From positions 64,509 through 128,508 of the forward strand of contig DRFJ01000050.1 of NCBI GenBank assembly GCA_011050615.1: a DNA stretch of 64,000 bases, read 5' to 3'. The notes below the pieces were generated by a model that was not told the origin of the DNA, made no database searches, and was given only the letters and a program-made list of their open reading frames with translations. Below, in pieces: positions 49,829 to 59,727 of this stretch; within the stretch, counting starts at the first letter, position 1; each line of letters opens with the position of its first letter. A program made the translations under genes and the position numbers. The stretch is from Bacteroidota bacterium (GTDB taxonomy: Bacteria > Bacteroidota > Bacteroidia > Bacteroidales > VadinHA17).

Positions 49829-50308
49829 ATGGATGAAATTGCAGATAAGATTTATTCAAACCAGGACATCATAAACAGGATATGCTTTGCCTTTTTCAGT
49901 GAAAGGGCCGACAGGGAAGACCTGTTTCAGGAAATTGTTTACAGGGTTCTTAAATTTTACAGAGGTTTCAATGAGAAATCTTCGTTTACTACCTGGTTGT
50001 ACAGGATTGCACTTAATACAGCAATAACATACAAGACGAAAAAAAGACCTGATTTTCCTGAGGATAAGAGTCAGGCAAAAATAGAAGACAACTCTGAATC
50101 GAATGACCTTGACGAAGATATCAGAATTCTCTATAAGGAAATCGGACAACTTGCTAAGCTTGAAAAAGCAATAATCCTTCTTTACCTTGATGAATATTCT
50201 TACCGGGAAATTGCAGAGATTACTGGCCTTTCTCCAAAAAATGTAAGTGTTAAGATATACAGGATAAAGAAAAAGCTGCATGAATTATATATAAAGTTAA
50301 CTGTTTAA
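49829..50308 (+). CDS. ECF RNA polymerase sigma-70 factor
   Basis: DREDLFQEI, SSFTTWLYRIALN (region 2), YSYREIAEITG..NVSVKIYRIK (region 4); start is ATG 49829 or GTG 49817. Confidence 0.92.
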   Translation: MDEIADKIYSNQDIINRICFAFFSERADREDLFQEIVYRVLKFYRGFNEKSSFTTWLYRIALNTAITYKTKKRPDFPEDKSQAKIEDNSESNDLDEDIRILYKEIGQLAKLEKAIILLYLDEYSYREIAEITGLSPKNVSVKIYRIKKKLHELYIKLTV

Positions 50309-50320
50309 ATTATTTAAGTT

Positions 50321-51040
50321 ATGGAAGAGATAAACTTGAAAAAAATTTGGAAAGAAAAGAATGTGGAAACTAAATCAAAAATTCTTTTGACAAGGGAACA
50401 GATCTCCGGGCTGGTAAGAAAGAGAGAAAGTCAGCTTACAGGATCGGTAAGGTTGGCTGTTATAACGGGATTATCCATTAAGTTTTTGTTACTGATTGGA
50501 ATACTGGTATTCTCGTTATTATATTTTGAATCCTCCAACATGGGTTTTTCAATTTCAGCATTATTTATTATTACAACAGGGATGATTATTTATGACTTCT
50601 ATCTTCTGAAGTTACTGGCCGGCTTGAACAATTATGCTGATACTATTGAATCCAGGCTTGGTAAATTTAATGATTTCCTTTCGGTGCATTTTCCGGTGTA
50701 CCAGATTGAGAATTCATTATCGACGCCTGTTCTGGTTATTATGGGTATGTTTTACTATCACTTCATAAAATACTCTGAATTTAAGTTCAGGTCATATGAT
50801 GATATTATCGTTTTTATTTTGGTTGTTTTAATAAGTTTTGCTGTCTCCTTTTTAGCAACCAGATATAGCCTGAATGCCTTCAGAAAAGAAGCCATGGAAC
50901 TATTGGAAGCAGGAAATGAGCAGGATGAGATTGTGGATTTTGAAGACAGAATGAGAAAAAATCGCAGAAAGCGACTGCTCATTTCTTTATTGATACTTTT
51001 AGCAGGCCTGGCTTTATTCATACTTTTGCTGCTGTTATAG
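50321..51040 (+). CDS. Putative membrane anti-sigma factor
   Basis: LKKIWK N-terminus and about 5 TM helices, 12 nt after the ECF gene. Confidence 0.6.
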   Translation: MEEINLKKIWKEKNVETKSKILLTREQISGLVRKRESQLTGSVRLAVITGLSIKFLLLIGILVFSLLYFESSNMGFSISALFIITTGMIIYDFYLLKLLAGLNNYADTIESRLGKFNDFLSVHFPVYQIENSLSTPVLVIMGMFYYHFIKYSEFKFRSYDDIIVFILVVLISFAVSFLATRYSLNAFRKEAMELLEAGNEQDEIVDFEDRMRKNRRKRLLISLLILLAGLALFILLLLL

Positions 51041-51186
51041 GTTACTCTACCTGCTCTGGCTAAATTCAGGATAGCATTGAATGACCTTATGAGTTATTTT
51101 TTTACCAGGTATTTAATCAGGGTCAGAACATATTTAATGGTTTACTGTTATTGCTGATATAAAATTAAAGAAAAGAACAGATCAGT

Positions 51187-51585
51187 ATGGAACTTGAAGT
51201 TTTTTTTGAGGGGAATAAGAAAGTGAATGCAAGGCTGAACGGTCATATAATAGCAACCGATCAGCCCAGGCGTAGTGGTGGTGATGAATCAGCACCGGAA
51301 CCATTCAGTCTTTTCCTGGCATCTATTGGTACATGTGCAGGTATTTATGTCAAGTATTTCTGCGAAAAGAGAGGGTTAGATGCAAGTAAAATAAAAATAA
51401 TACAGCGTCATAATTTCAATCCTGAGACCAGGATGATTGACAGAATAGAACTGGAAGTGATTTTGCCTGAAGATTTTCCCGGGAAATACAGGAGTGCTGT
51501 TGTAAATGCCATGGACCTGTGTGCTGTTAAAAGGCACCTGAGCAATCCTCCTGTGATAGAAACATTTACAAAAATTGGCAGGTAG
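51187..51585 (+). CDS. OsmC-family protein
   Basis: TDQP..GG..APEP..LFLASIGTC and CAVKRHL conserved cysteines. Confidence 0.9.
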   Translation: MELEVFFEGNKKVNARLNGHIIATDQPRRSGGDESAPEPFSLFLASIGTCAGIYVKYFCEKRGLDASKIKIIQRHNFNPETRMIDRIELEVILPEDFPGKYRSAVVNAMDLCAVKRHLSNPPVIETFTKIGR

Positions 51586-51615
51586 AGACATTGCATGCAA
51601 GATCTCTGCGACCGG

Positions 51616-52011
51616 TCATATTGCTGCAACAGCTTCAATTTCGATAAGTACCCCGTAATGCAATTCCTTTGTTGGCACCACTGCCCTTGCAGGTTTATGT
51701 TTGCCAAAGAATTTTCTGTAAACCTCGTTCACTCTTGGCCAATTCGCCATATCAGAAATATAGGCTGTTGTTTTCAGGATTTTTCCCCTGTCTGAACCGG
51801 CATCCTTTAGGATTGTTTCGATATTTTCCAGAACCTGCAAGGTCTGGTCTTCTATATCACCTTTTACCGCTTCTCCTGTAAATGGATTCACAGGCAGCTG
51901 GCCGGAAACAAAAATAATATTATTAAACAGTACCGCCTGGGAATAATGACCCTTCGGTTCTGGAATATTCGGTGTATAAAGTTCTTTGATTCTTGGATCT
52001 TTCTTTGACAT
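51616..52011 (-). CDS. ridA: RidA/YjgF enamine deaminase
   Basis: GHYSQA, FVSGQLP, VNEVY..FF..KPAR, IEIEAVA; start ATG 52011. Confidence 0.9.
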   Translation of the reverse strand: MSKKDPRIKELYTPNIPEPKGHYSQAVLFNNIIFVSGQLPVNPFTGEAVKGDIEDQTLQVLENIETILKDAGSDRGKILKTTAYISDMANWPRVNEVYRKFFGKHKPARAVVPTKELHYGVLIEIEAVAAI

Positions 52012-52159
52012 ATTAATTGGTTTGAAAGTTCTTGAACTGTTAAACTGTTGAACCGAACCCAGGGTCTCCCGGTGTGAGCCCGAAGAAGCCAATCGGGATT
52101 CCCGGCTCACCGCCCATCACTCATCTGGTCAACGTTCATCTCTCATACCTCATTTCTTC

Positions 52160-53467
52160 TCAATCTTCCCTCACGATCTTCGCTCCCAGCGCATTCAATC
52201 TTCCGTCTATATTCTGGTAGCCCCTGTCTATTTGTTCTATATTATGGATGGTACTGATGCCTTCTGCTGACAGGGCGGCCAGCAGCAAGGCAACGCCAGC
52301 CCTGATATCAGGGGAGGTCATTGTAGTAGCCCTGAGCCTGAATTTTCTATCAAGTCCTATGACAGTGGCCCGGTGTGGATCACACAGTATTATCCGGGCG
52401 CCCATATCAATGAGTTTATCAACAAAGAAAAGCCTGCTCTCGAACATTTTTTGGTGGATAAGCACCGAACCTTTTGCCTGTGTGGCCACAACCAGGAATA
52501 CACTCAGCAGGTCAGGTGTCAGTCCGGGCCATATAGCATCTGAGACAGTCATTATTGACCCGTCAATATAAGTTTCTATTTCATAGCAGGGCTGTGCAGG
52601 GATGTAGATATCATCTCCTTTTTTTTCGAGCTGTATACCCATGCGTTTAAATGAATAGGGTATTATTCCCAGATTCTCATACGAGACATTGTTGATAGTG
52701 ATCTCGGAGCCGGTAATTGCAGCCATTCCGATGAATGATCCTGTTTCAATCATATCCGGTAATATTGTATGTTCACAGCCCCCCAGGTCACTGACTCCCT
52801 GTATATGAAGAAGGTTCGATCCTATTCCTTCGATTTTTGCACCCATTGACACGAGCATGCGGCATAACTGCTGAACGTAGGGCTCGCATGCTGCGTTATA
52901 GATGGTGGTCTGGCCTCTGGCCAGCACAGCTGCCATGACAATATTTGCAGTACCCGTTACCGATGCTTCATCAAGGTGCATATAACATCCGGTAAGTTTT
53001 TTTGCCGAAACGAAATATATTGATTTCCCGGGGTCATAGTTGAAACTGGCGCCAAGGTTTTGAAATCCTGTCAGGTGTGTGTCGACTTTACGCCGGCCTA
53101 TTTTATCCCCTCCGGGTTTAGGCATGCTGGCTTTACCTGATCTTGCAAGAAGGGGGCCGAGTATCATGACAGAACCTCTGAGGGCAGAACTCTGTTCAAT
53201 GTAATGAGGCGATTCGAGGTATTCAAGGTTAATGCTACGGGCCTGGAATGAATAAGTTCCTTCTTTGAGCTTTTCCACATGGGATCCCAGGCTGGATATA
53301 AGTTCAATAAGTTTGTTTACATCTCTTATATCAGGGATATTGTTTAAAACAACTTTCTCAGATGTGAGCAAGGTGGCGCAGATAACCTGAAGGGCTTCAT
53401 TTTTAGCCCCCTGTGGCTGTATTTTACCTTTTAGTTTTCTGCCTCCTTCAACTATGAACTTACTCAT
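52160..53467 (-). CDS. murA: UDP-N-acetylglucosamine 1-carboxyvinyltransferase
   Basis: GAKNEAL, PGGDKIGRR, SVTGTAN, PDIRAG, IDRGY. Confidence 0.97.
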   Translation of the reverse strand: MSKFIVEGGRKLKGKIQPQGAKNEALQVICATLLTSEKVVLNNIPDIRDVNKLIELISSLGSHVEKLKEGTYSFQARSINLEYLESPHYIEQSSALRGSVMILGPLLARSGKASMPKPGGDKIGRRKVDTHLTGFQNLGASFNYDPGKSIYFVSAKKLTGCYMHLDEASVTGTANIVMAAVLARGQTTIYNAACEPYVQQLCRMLVSMGAKIEGIGSNLLHIQGVSDLGGCEHTILPDMIETGSFIGMAAITGSEITINNVSYENLGIIPYSFKRMGIQLEKKGDDIYIPAQPCYEIETYIDGSIMTVSDAIWPGLTPDLLSVFLVVATQAKGSVLIHQKMFESRLFFVDKLIDMGARIILCDPHRATVIGLDRKFRLRATTMTSPDIRAGVALLLAALSAEGISTIHNIEQIDRGYQNIDGRLNALGAKIVRED

Positions 53468-54093
53468 TGTCGCCTCGACTGATATTTTTTCTTGTGCTGG
53501 TTCTTTTGTTTAAGCGGTGGTTTTTTCTTTCTTGGACCCAGTAAGTCTTTAACATCAAGCAGTTTCATGTTTTCAGGGATGTTCAGTTTGTTACCTGACA
53601 TATCCCGCAGGTCTTTCAGAATGACGTCGTCATTTACCTGGCTGCGATTCCATGTTGCAGAAGCCTTCTTCATCTGGTTAGCTATAAGCACTATAAGGTA
53701 ATCCTTCTTTTCACCTTCTTCCATCTTACAGGCCTCATCTATCATCATTTTCATGATTCTGCCGTAGTGCATGTATTTAACGTCACCTTTCTTATAGGCT
53801 ATTTCCCTTGGTTTTTCAAGCAGAATTTCCTTTGCCGGTGGCGGATAGGGAGCATCGATATCGAGTTCAAAATCTGCAATAATTGTCAGGTGGTCCCACA
53901 ATTTATGCTTTACATCACCTGAATCCCTGAGGTTGGGGTTCAGGTTACCCATTATCTGTATTACTGACCTGGCGGCACGCGAACGCTCATCCCTGTCTTT
54001 AAGGGTTTTTATATGATCAACCATTTTTTGTACATTCCTGCCGTATTCGGGAAGCGCCATTTTCTTTCGCTGGGTGTTATAATCGTGGTTCAT
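53464..54093 (-). CDS. DUF4290 protein
   Basis: YNTQR...PEYGRNVQKM, HKLWDHL; usual murA neighbour; TAGCTTTG -7 box at 54109-54116. Confidence 0.9.
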   Translation of the reverse strand: MNHDYNTQRKKMALPEYGRNVQKMVDHIKTLKDRDERSRAARSVIQIMGNLNPNLRDSGDVKHKLWDHLTIIADFELDIDAPYPPPAKEILLEKPREIAYKKGDVKYMHYGRIMKMMIDEACKMEEGEKKDYLIVLIANQMKKASATWNRSQVNDDVILKDLRDMSGNKLNIPENMKLLDVKDLLGPRKKKPPLKQKNQHKKKYQSRRQ

Positions 54094-54351
54094 TAATATA
54101 ATTTTCTACAAAGCTAATTAAATAAATGTAATTTGCTCGTCAAGACAGCTTAATTTGTCTGGCTTTGCCAGAGCTTGATTCATAAGAATACCTGCACCGG
54201 GCTTAGGTAGGCGTCCATAATTTTTAAAACTTGTTAAATACCTGCAGTAATATTTACCTCGGGGAAATGTATCATCATTTTACTCTGAATTAATACTATC
54301 TGATAGTTTAATAAATTACCTTTGCAGCCAGTAAGTGTAAAACCTGAAATT

Positions 54352-55947
54352 ATGAGAATTATTACCGTCATAATGTTTATCCTTTTATCATTTCCTCTGG
54401 CAGGGACTGATAAATACCCCGTCAACAGCAGTATTGATGTTGTTCATTATGAATTCACCATATACCTTTCTGACAGTTATAATATTATAAGGGGAGAGGC
54501 AAGATTAAGTATAAATCATACCGGAAGTACAAATAAAATTATTCTGGATTTTGTTGATCTTAATGATGATGGTAAAGGGATGAATGTTGAGACAGTGAGG
54601 CTTGATGATGCACCCGTGGACTGGGAACACAGGGATGACAGGCTACAGATTGACCTTAAGAGGGTGAAAACCGGAGGGGAGACATCAAACCTGTATATCA
54701 GTTATTACGGGATTCCCGCTGATGGTCTTATCATATCAAGCAACAGGCATGGTGATCGCACCTTTTTTTCCGATAACTGGCCCGACAGGGCCCGAAACTG
54801 GATCCCCTGTGTTGATCATCCTTCGGATAAGGCTTTTGTCGATTTCATAGTACATGCCCCCGAAAAATACAAGGTTGTTTCTAACGGTTACCTTTATGAA
54901 GAAAGCACCCTGCCTGAAGGAATAAAACTCACTCACTGGAAGGAGGAAATCAGCATACCAACAAAGGTTATGGTAATAGGGGTTGCCAAATTTGCTGTAC
55001 GTATGGCAGGGAAAATAGGAGAGACAAAGATTTGGACCTATGTTTTCCCTGAAGACAGGAAGGCCGGTTTCTCTGATTATTCCGTTGCTCCTGAATCATT
55101 TAAGTGGTACAGTGAGAAGATAGGGCCCTATGCATATGAAAAACTGGCCAATGTACAGTCAAAAACCATATTTGGTGGAATGGAAAATGCAGGATGTATA
55201 TTTTATTCCGAGTCTTCGGTAAGCGGACAGGGTATGGCTGAACGCCTGATAGCCCACGAGATTGCTCACCAGTGGTTCGGGAATTCAGTTACTGAAAAGG
55301 ACTGGCATCATATATGGTTAAGCGAAGGCTTTGCCACATATATGACAGCTCTTTACCAGGGTAGCAGGGAAGGAGAAACACGACTCAGGGCTGTTATGGA
55401 CATGGCCAGGCAAAGAGTTATCGCCGCAGATAAGAGGAGGCAATCACCCGTAATTGATACCACCATTTTTGATTTTATGAAATTGCTCAACACAAATTCA
55501 TACCAGAAGGGTTCGTGGGTTTTGCATATGCTGAAAAATGAACTGGGAGATGATCTTTTCTGGACAGGCATACAAACATATTATGCCAGGTACCGTAACC
55601 GGAATGCCCTGACCTCTGACTTTGTAGAAACAATGGAAGACGTTTCGGGCCGTGACCTGCGTGGTTTTTTTGACCAGTGGCTTTACAGGTCCGGTCATCC
55701 CGAACTTAAAATAAGCTGGACATATAACAACAGGAGAAAGGAAATAAATATGCTGGTTGAACAGTGTCAGGAAGGCTCTGCCTATGAATTTCCTCTGGAT
55801 CTGAAAATAATTGACCAGAGCGGTTCTCGGATGGAAAGGATAATGGTAAGCCGGGAGGTTCAGTCTTTCATTATTAAAACCACAGACTCCCCGGATGATA
55901 TAATACCTGATCCTGAGGTAAGACTCTTATTTGAGCTCAGGAACTGA
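54352..55947 (+). CDS. Secreted M1-family aminopeptidase
   Basis: Signal peptide; GGMEN, HEIAHQWFG...WLSEGFA, YQKG; TACCTTTG -7 box at 54317-54324. Confidence 0.93.
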   Translation: MRIITVIMFILLSFPLAGTDKYPVNSSIDVVHYEFTIYLSDSYNIIRGEARLSINHTGSTNKIILDFVDLNDDGKGMNVETVRLDDAPVDWEHRDDRLQIDLKRVKTGGETSNLYISYYGIPADGLIISSNRHGDRTFFSDNWPDRARNWIPCVDHPSDKAFVDFIVHAPEKYKVVSNGYLYEESTLPEGIKLTHWKEEISIPTKVMVIGVAKFAVRMAGKIGETKIWTYVFPEDRKAGFSDYSVAPESFKWYSEKIGPYAYEKLANVQSKTIFGGMENAGCIFYSESSVSGQGMAERLIAHEIAHQWFGNSVTEKDWHHIWLSEGFATYMTALYQGSREGETRLRAVMDMARQRVIAADKRRQSPVIDTTIFDFMKLLNTNSYQKGSWVLHMLKNELGDDLFWTGIQTYYARYRNRNALTSDFVETMEDVSGRDLRGFFDQWLYRSGHPELKISWTYNNRRKEINMLVEQCQEGSAYEFPLDLKIIDQSGSRMERIMVSREVQSFIIKTTDSPDDIIPDPEVRLLFELRN

Positions 55948-55960
55948 ACAGGTTAACTAA

Positions 55961-56368
55961 TCACTTGCTTCTTTTAATAAATCTGACATTCCTGAAGCGT
56001 AAAGCAGTCCAGTCCTCGTCAATGGATACCTGTCTGACAGGTCCAAAACCATAGGAGTTAAGAAGTCCCCACCCCTTATCCCTGCTTATATCGGATTTAT
56101 ACTTACTTGAGCTTTTCTTCGGATATGCAAACCACAGCACTCCGTCTTCTGCAAGATTATGAATGCTCCGGGGAACAGTATCTGTCAGTTCTGACTCATA
56201 TTTTGTGAAAATAAGACAAAACTCATACAGAAACTTTGGATCTATCTCCCTGTCAACCCTGACAGAGGGTCTCAGACTGTTTATTTTTTCAACGAAGCCG
56301 TTATTTGCGTTAACTATGCAAATTCGTTCCTGTTCTTTGTAGTTAAGCTTCTTTAAAAGATATTCCAT
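55961..56368 (-). CDS. Conserved hypothetical protein (DUF3052-like)
   Basis: LWFAYPKKSS...DISRD.GW, VRQVSIDEDWTALRFR. Confidence 0.75.
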   Translation of the reverse strand: MEYLLKKLNYKEQERICIVNANNGFVEKINSLRPSVRVDREIDPKFLYEFCLIFTKYESELTDTVPRSIHNLAEDGVLWFAYPKKSSSKYKSDISRDKGWGLLNSYGFGPVRQVSIDEDWTALRFRNVRFIKRSK

Positions 56369-56442
56369 GGTTTTACTCCCTGCAAATAAAATTTGCAGGG
56401 CAAAAGTAAGAATTTTTTACAAATGATATGATCCTCCTCATA

Positions 56443-56474
56443 TTTGCAGACTCATATTAATCTTCTTACCTTTG
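56443..56474 (+). promoter_or_regulatory. Primary-sigma promoter upstream of the TPP riboswitch
   Basis: TTTG (56443-56446), 20 nt spacer, TACCTTTG (56467-56474). Confidence 0.75.
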
Positions 56475-56484
56475 TAATATCAAA

Positions 56485-56560
56485 AAAATGGGGTGCCTTA
56501 ATATACGGGCTGAGATTATACCCTCTGTACCTGATACGGATAATGCCGTCGTAGGAAAAG
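56485..56560 (+). ncRNA. TPP riboswitch (THI box)
   Basis: GGGGTGC...GCTGAGATTATACCC...ACCTGAT.CGGATAATGCCG.CGTAGG, upstream of a TonB receptor and pnuC-like gene. Confidence 0.95.
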
Positions 56561-56604
56561 AGACCTCATTCTTTTGATTTAAGTTTAATAAAATCAAAAG
56601 AAAA

Positions 56605-59037
56605 ATGAAAAAACTCTTACTGAACTTTTCACTTTTGTTTCTTATTGCAATAAGTGTTTTTCCCGGGCAGCAGGAACAAAAATATATCCTCAGCGGAAAA
56701 GTAACGGATGATAAAGGGCAGCCCCTTGCCGGCGCCGCTGTCGTTATTAGAGATACTTACCTGGGCACTACTGCGGGTTCTGATGGAACATTCAGGTTTA
56801 AACCAATAAAAAATGGTGAGTATACGATTGAAGTATCTTACCTGGGTTATGAGTCTGCAGAAAAAGAAGTAATCCTCGATAGTGATGTTTACCTGGAATT
56901 TAAACTGAGGGTAGCACTTTTCCATGCCGATGAAATAATGGTTGTTGGAACCAGGGCTACGGAAACCACACCGGTGGCTTACAGTAATCTTGAAAGAGAA
57001 GAAATAGAAAAGCTGAATACAGGACAGGATCTTCCCTTCCTCCTTTCTTCAATGCCATCGCTGGTTGAAACATCGGAAGCAGGTACGGGGATGGGATATA
57101 CCAACTTCAGGATAAGGGGGACCGATCCCAGCAGGATTAATATCACTATTGACGGAATACCCATTAATGACCCTGAATCACAGCAGGTTTTCTGGGTTAA
57201 TATGCCTGACCTGGCATCTTCAGTATCGAATATACAGGTCCAGCGTGGTGTCGGGACATCGAAAAATGGAGCGGCAGCCTTCGGGGCAAGCGTGAATTTT
57301 CGTACCGAAATGCCTTCCGACGAGGCCTATGCAGAAATAAGCAGCAGTATAGGTTCATTTAATACATTCAAGGGAACAGTTAAAATGGGTACGGGACTGA
57401 TAAAGGAAAGGTTTAAATTCGACCTCAGATTGTCAGGGCTGACAACAGATGGCTATATTGACCATAGCGGATCTGACCACAGGTCCCTGTTTTTTACTGG
57501 ATTATATAAATCCGGAATAGGCACTTTTAAAGCAAATGTTTTACTGGGTGAGGAGGTAACGGGGATAAGCTGGTGGGGCGTTCCCCGTGAAGTGCTTGAT
57601 ACAGCACGAACCTATAATCCCGCAGGAGAATATACAGATGTCTTCGGAGATAAAAGATATTACGACGATCAGAAGGATGATTATAATCAATACCACTTCC
57701 AGTTATTTTACAGGAAGGCTCTTAACGATCATATCCAGCTTAATGCTGCATACCATTTCACATATGGAGCAGGATTTTATGAACAGTACAGGGAAGATGA
57801 ACTGTTGTCAGATTACGGCCTTCCAAACTGGATGGCAGGTCCCATCCTGATCGACAGGGTTGACCTGGTACGCAGGAAGTGGATGCTCAATAATTTTTAT
57901 GGGGGAATAGCTGATATAAAATACAGTAAGGGTAAAGTGGATATCAGCATGGGAGCAGGTTTCAATAAATACATAGGTGACCATTTTGGCAGGGTTATAT
58001 GGATAAGAAATGCGGGTTGGACAGAGAAAGACTATCAATGGTATTTTAACAGCGCCTCAAAAGGAGAAATAAATGCATATGCAAAAGTTGATTACAGGAT
58101 GACAGACCGGCTTAGCGCATTTGCTGATGCACAGTACCGGAATATCCATTATATAATGGACGGGGAGGATGATGACCTGTTGGATTTAGGGCTTAACAGG
58201 TACTTTGATTTCATTAATCCAAAGGCTGGATTATTCATGGAACTTGATCCAAACCAGGATATCTTTCTATCAATATCAGTGGCCAACAGGGAGCCCACAA
58301 GAGCAAATTACAAGGATGCAAAAGGAGATCCCGCAGCCATGCCTCATCCTGAGACACTGTACGATCTGGAGGCAGGATATAAGCTCAACAGGTCAGACTT
58401 CAGGGCGGGCATAAACCTTTACTATATGCATTATGATGACCAGCTGGTGCCAACCGGCGAACTTAGTAATACGGGATATCCCATTATGACCAATGTTGAA
58501 ACATCGTACAGGACAGGGGTGGAACTGACAACAGCCTTTAAACCCCTGCAGACCCTTGAATGGAACATTAATGCAACATTAAGCCGAAACAGGATAAAAG
58601 ATTTTGTAGAGCATTATCTTGATTATAATACTGCAAGCTCAGAGGAAATACCAATGACCAAAGAACTTGGGGATGTCTCTATAGCCTATTCTCCGGGACT
58701 CATACTCAACAGTGACATCGCCTGTTACCCTTTTGAGAATTTCGAAATGCATTTTATAAGCAAGTTTGTGGGAAAGCAATATTTCGACAATACCAATAAT
58801 GAAGACCGTACTATAGATCCGTATTTTGTTAATAATATAAGGCTTGATTACAGGTTCTCATTAAGAGGCTTTGAAAGGATAGCACTCCAGCTTCAAATAA
58901 ATAACCTCTTTAACTCATTATATGAGAGTAATGCTTACGGAGGCAATTACTATATTGACGGCCAGGAATATACATGGGCTTACTATTTTCCGCAGGCAGG
59001 GATTAATTACCTTCTCAGATTGTCGGTAGCTTTCTGA
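56605..59037 (+). CDS. TonB-dependent receptor, probable thiamine uptake
   Basis: CarboxypepD-like N-domain, plug RINITIDGIPIND.ESQ.VFWVN, QRGVGTS.NG, YYFPQAG; under the TPP riboswitch. Confidence 0.9.
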   Translation: MKKLLLNFSLLFLIAISVFPGQQEQKYILSGKVTDDKGQPLAGAAVVIRDTYLGTTAGSDGTFRFKPIKNGEYTIEVSYLGYESAEKEVILDSDVYLEFKLRVALFHADEIMVVGTRATETTPVAYSNLEREEIEKLNTGQDLPFLLSSMPSLVETSEAGTGMGYTNFRIRGTDPSRINITIDGIPINDPESQQVFWVNMPDLASSVSNIQVQRGVGTSKNGAAAFGASVNFRTEMPSDEAYAEISSSIGSFNTFKGTVKMGTGLIKERFKFDLRLSGLTTDGYIDHSGSDHRSLFFTGLYKSGIGTFKANVLLGEEVTGISWWGVPREVLDTARTYNPAGEYTDVFGDKRYYDDQKDDYNQYHFQLFYRKALNDHIQLNAAYHFTYGAGFYEQYREDELLSDYGLPNWMAGPILIDRVDLVRRKWMLNNFYGGIADIKYSKGKVDISMGAGFNKYIGDHFGRVIWIRNAGWTEKDYQWYFNSASKGEINAYAKVDYRMTDRLSAFADAQYRNIHYIMDGEDDDLLDLGLNRYFDFINPKAGLFMELDPNQDIFLSISVANREPTRANYKDAKGDPAAMPHPETLYDLEAGYKLNRSDFRAGINLYYMHYDDQLVPTGELSNTGYPIMTNVETSYRTGVELTTAFKPLQTLEWNINATLSRNRIKDFVEHYLDYNTASSEEIPMTKELGDVSIAYSPGLILNSDIACYPFENFEMHFISKFVGKQYFDNTNNEDRTIDPYFVNNIRLDYRFSLRGFERIALQLQINNLFNSLYESNAYGGNYYIDGQEYTWAYYFPQAGINYLLRLSVAF

Positions 59038-59042
59038 TTATT

Positions 59043-59639
59043 ATGGACTGGCTTGCGGCTCATTATATCGAAGTATTCGGTGCTCTTACAGGTATCCTGT
59101 ATGTTGTGCTGGAAATCAGGCAAAGCATATGGCTGTGGCCTGTAGGGCTGATTACTTCGGGTGTATATATCTGGGTCTTCTTTTCAAGCAAATTTTATGC
59201 TGATATGGGCCTCCAGACCTATTATGTGCTAATAAGCATATACGGGTGGTACTGGTGGCTGAAGGGGGGAAAGAAGTATGAAAGAGAATCTCTGCCCGTA
59301 ACCAGGGTGTGTACAAGGATGGCAGCTGTTCTTTTAATTGTTTTTATTATACTTTTTGCGGGAATATGGTATATCCTGGATAAGCATACCGATTCACCCC
59401 TTCCACTGGGAGATGCTTTTACTACAGCCTTATCTGTTGTTGCCACCTGGATGCTGGCCCGGAAGATTATTGAGCACTGGCTTTTATGGCTTGTAGCAGA
59501 CCTTGTTTCGATGGGACTTTATATCTACAAAGGACTCTACCCAACGGTTATACTCTTCGCTGTATATACAATGATGGCTGTAATAGGCTACCGTGAATGG
59601 CGGAAGAGCCTCTCTCATCCCTGCCCTCTGTCATCCTGA
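59043..59639 (+). CDS. pnuC: PnuC-family transporter, probable thiamine-specific PnuT
   Basis: WPVG, YAD..LQ.YY, YGW..W, DAFTT..S, ARK.IE.W..W; thiamine context. Confidence 0.9.
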   Translation: MDWLAAHYIEVFGALTGILYVVLEIRQSIWLWPVGLITSGVYIWVFFSSKFYADMGLQTYYVLISIYGWYWWLKGGKKYERESLPVTRVCTRMAAVLLIVFIILFAGIWYILDKHTDSPLPLGDAFTTALSVVATWMLARKIIEHWLLWLVADLVSMGLYIYKGLYPTVILFAVYTMMAVIGYREWRKSLSHPCPLSS

Positions 59640-59683
59640 GTGAATCGAAGGACTTGTGTAATGGCAGGGAGCAGAAGGCAGGG
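59619..59683. repeat. REP-like element with flanking inverted repeat
   Basis: TGTCATCCTGAGTGAATCGAAGGA core inside the inverted pair CCCTGCCCTCTG / CAGAAGGCAGGG. Confidence 0.5.
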
Positions 59684-59727
59684 CTTGATTCATTGACTAC
59701 CTGGCAGTAACTTTGGGGTGGTTCTCT

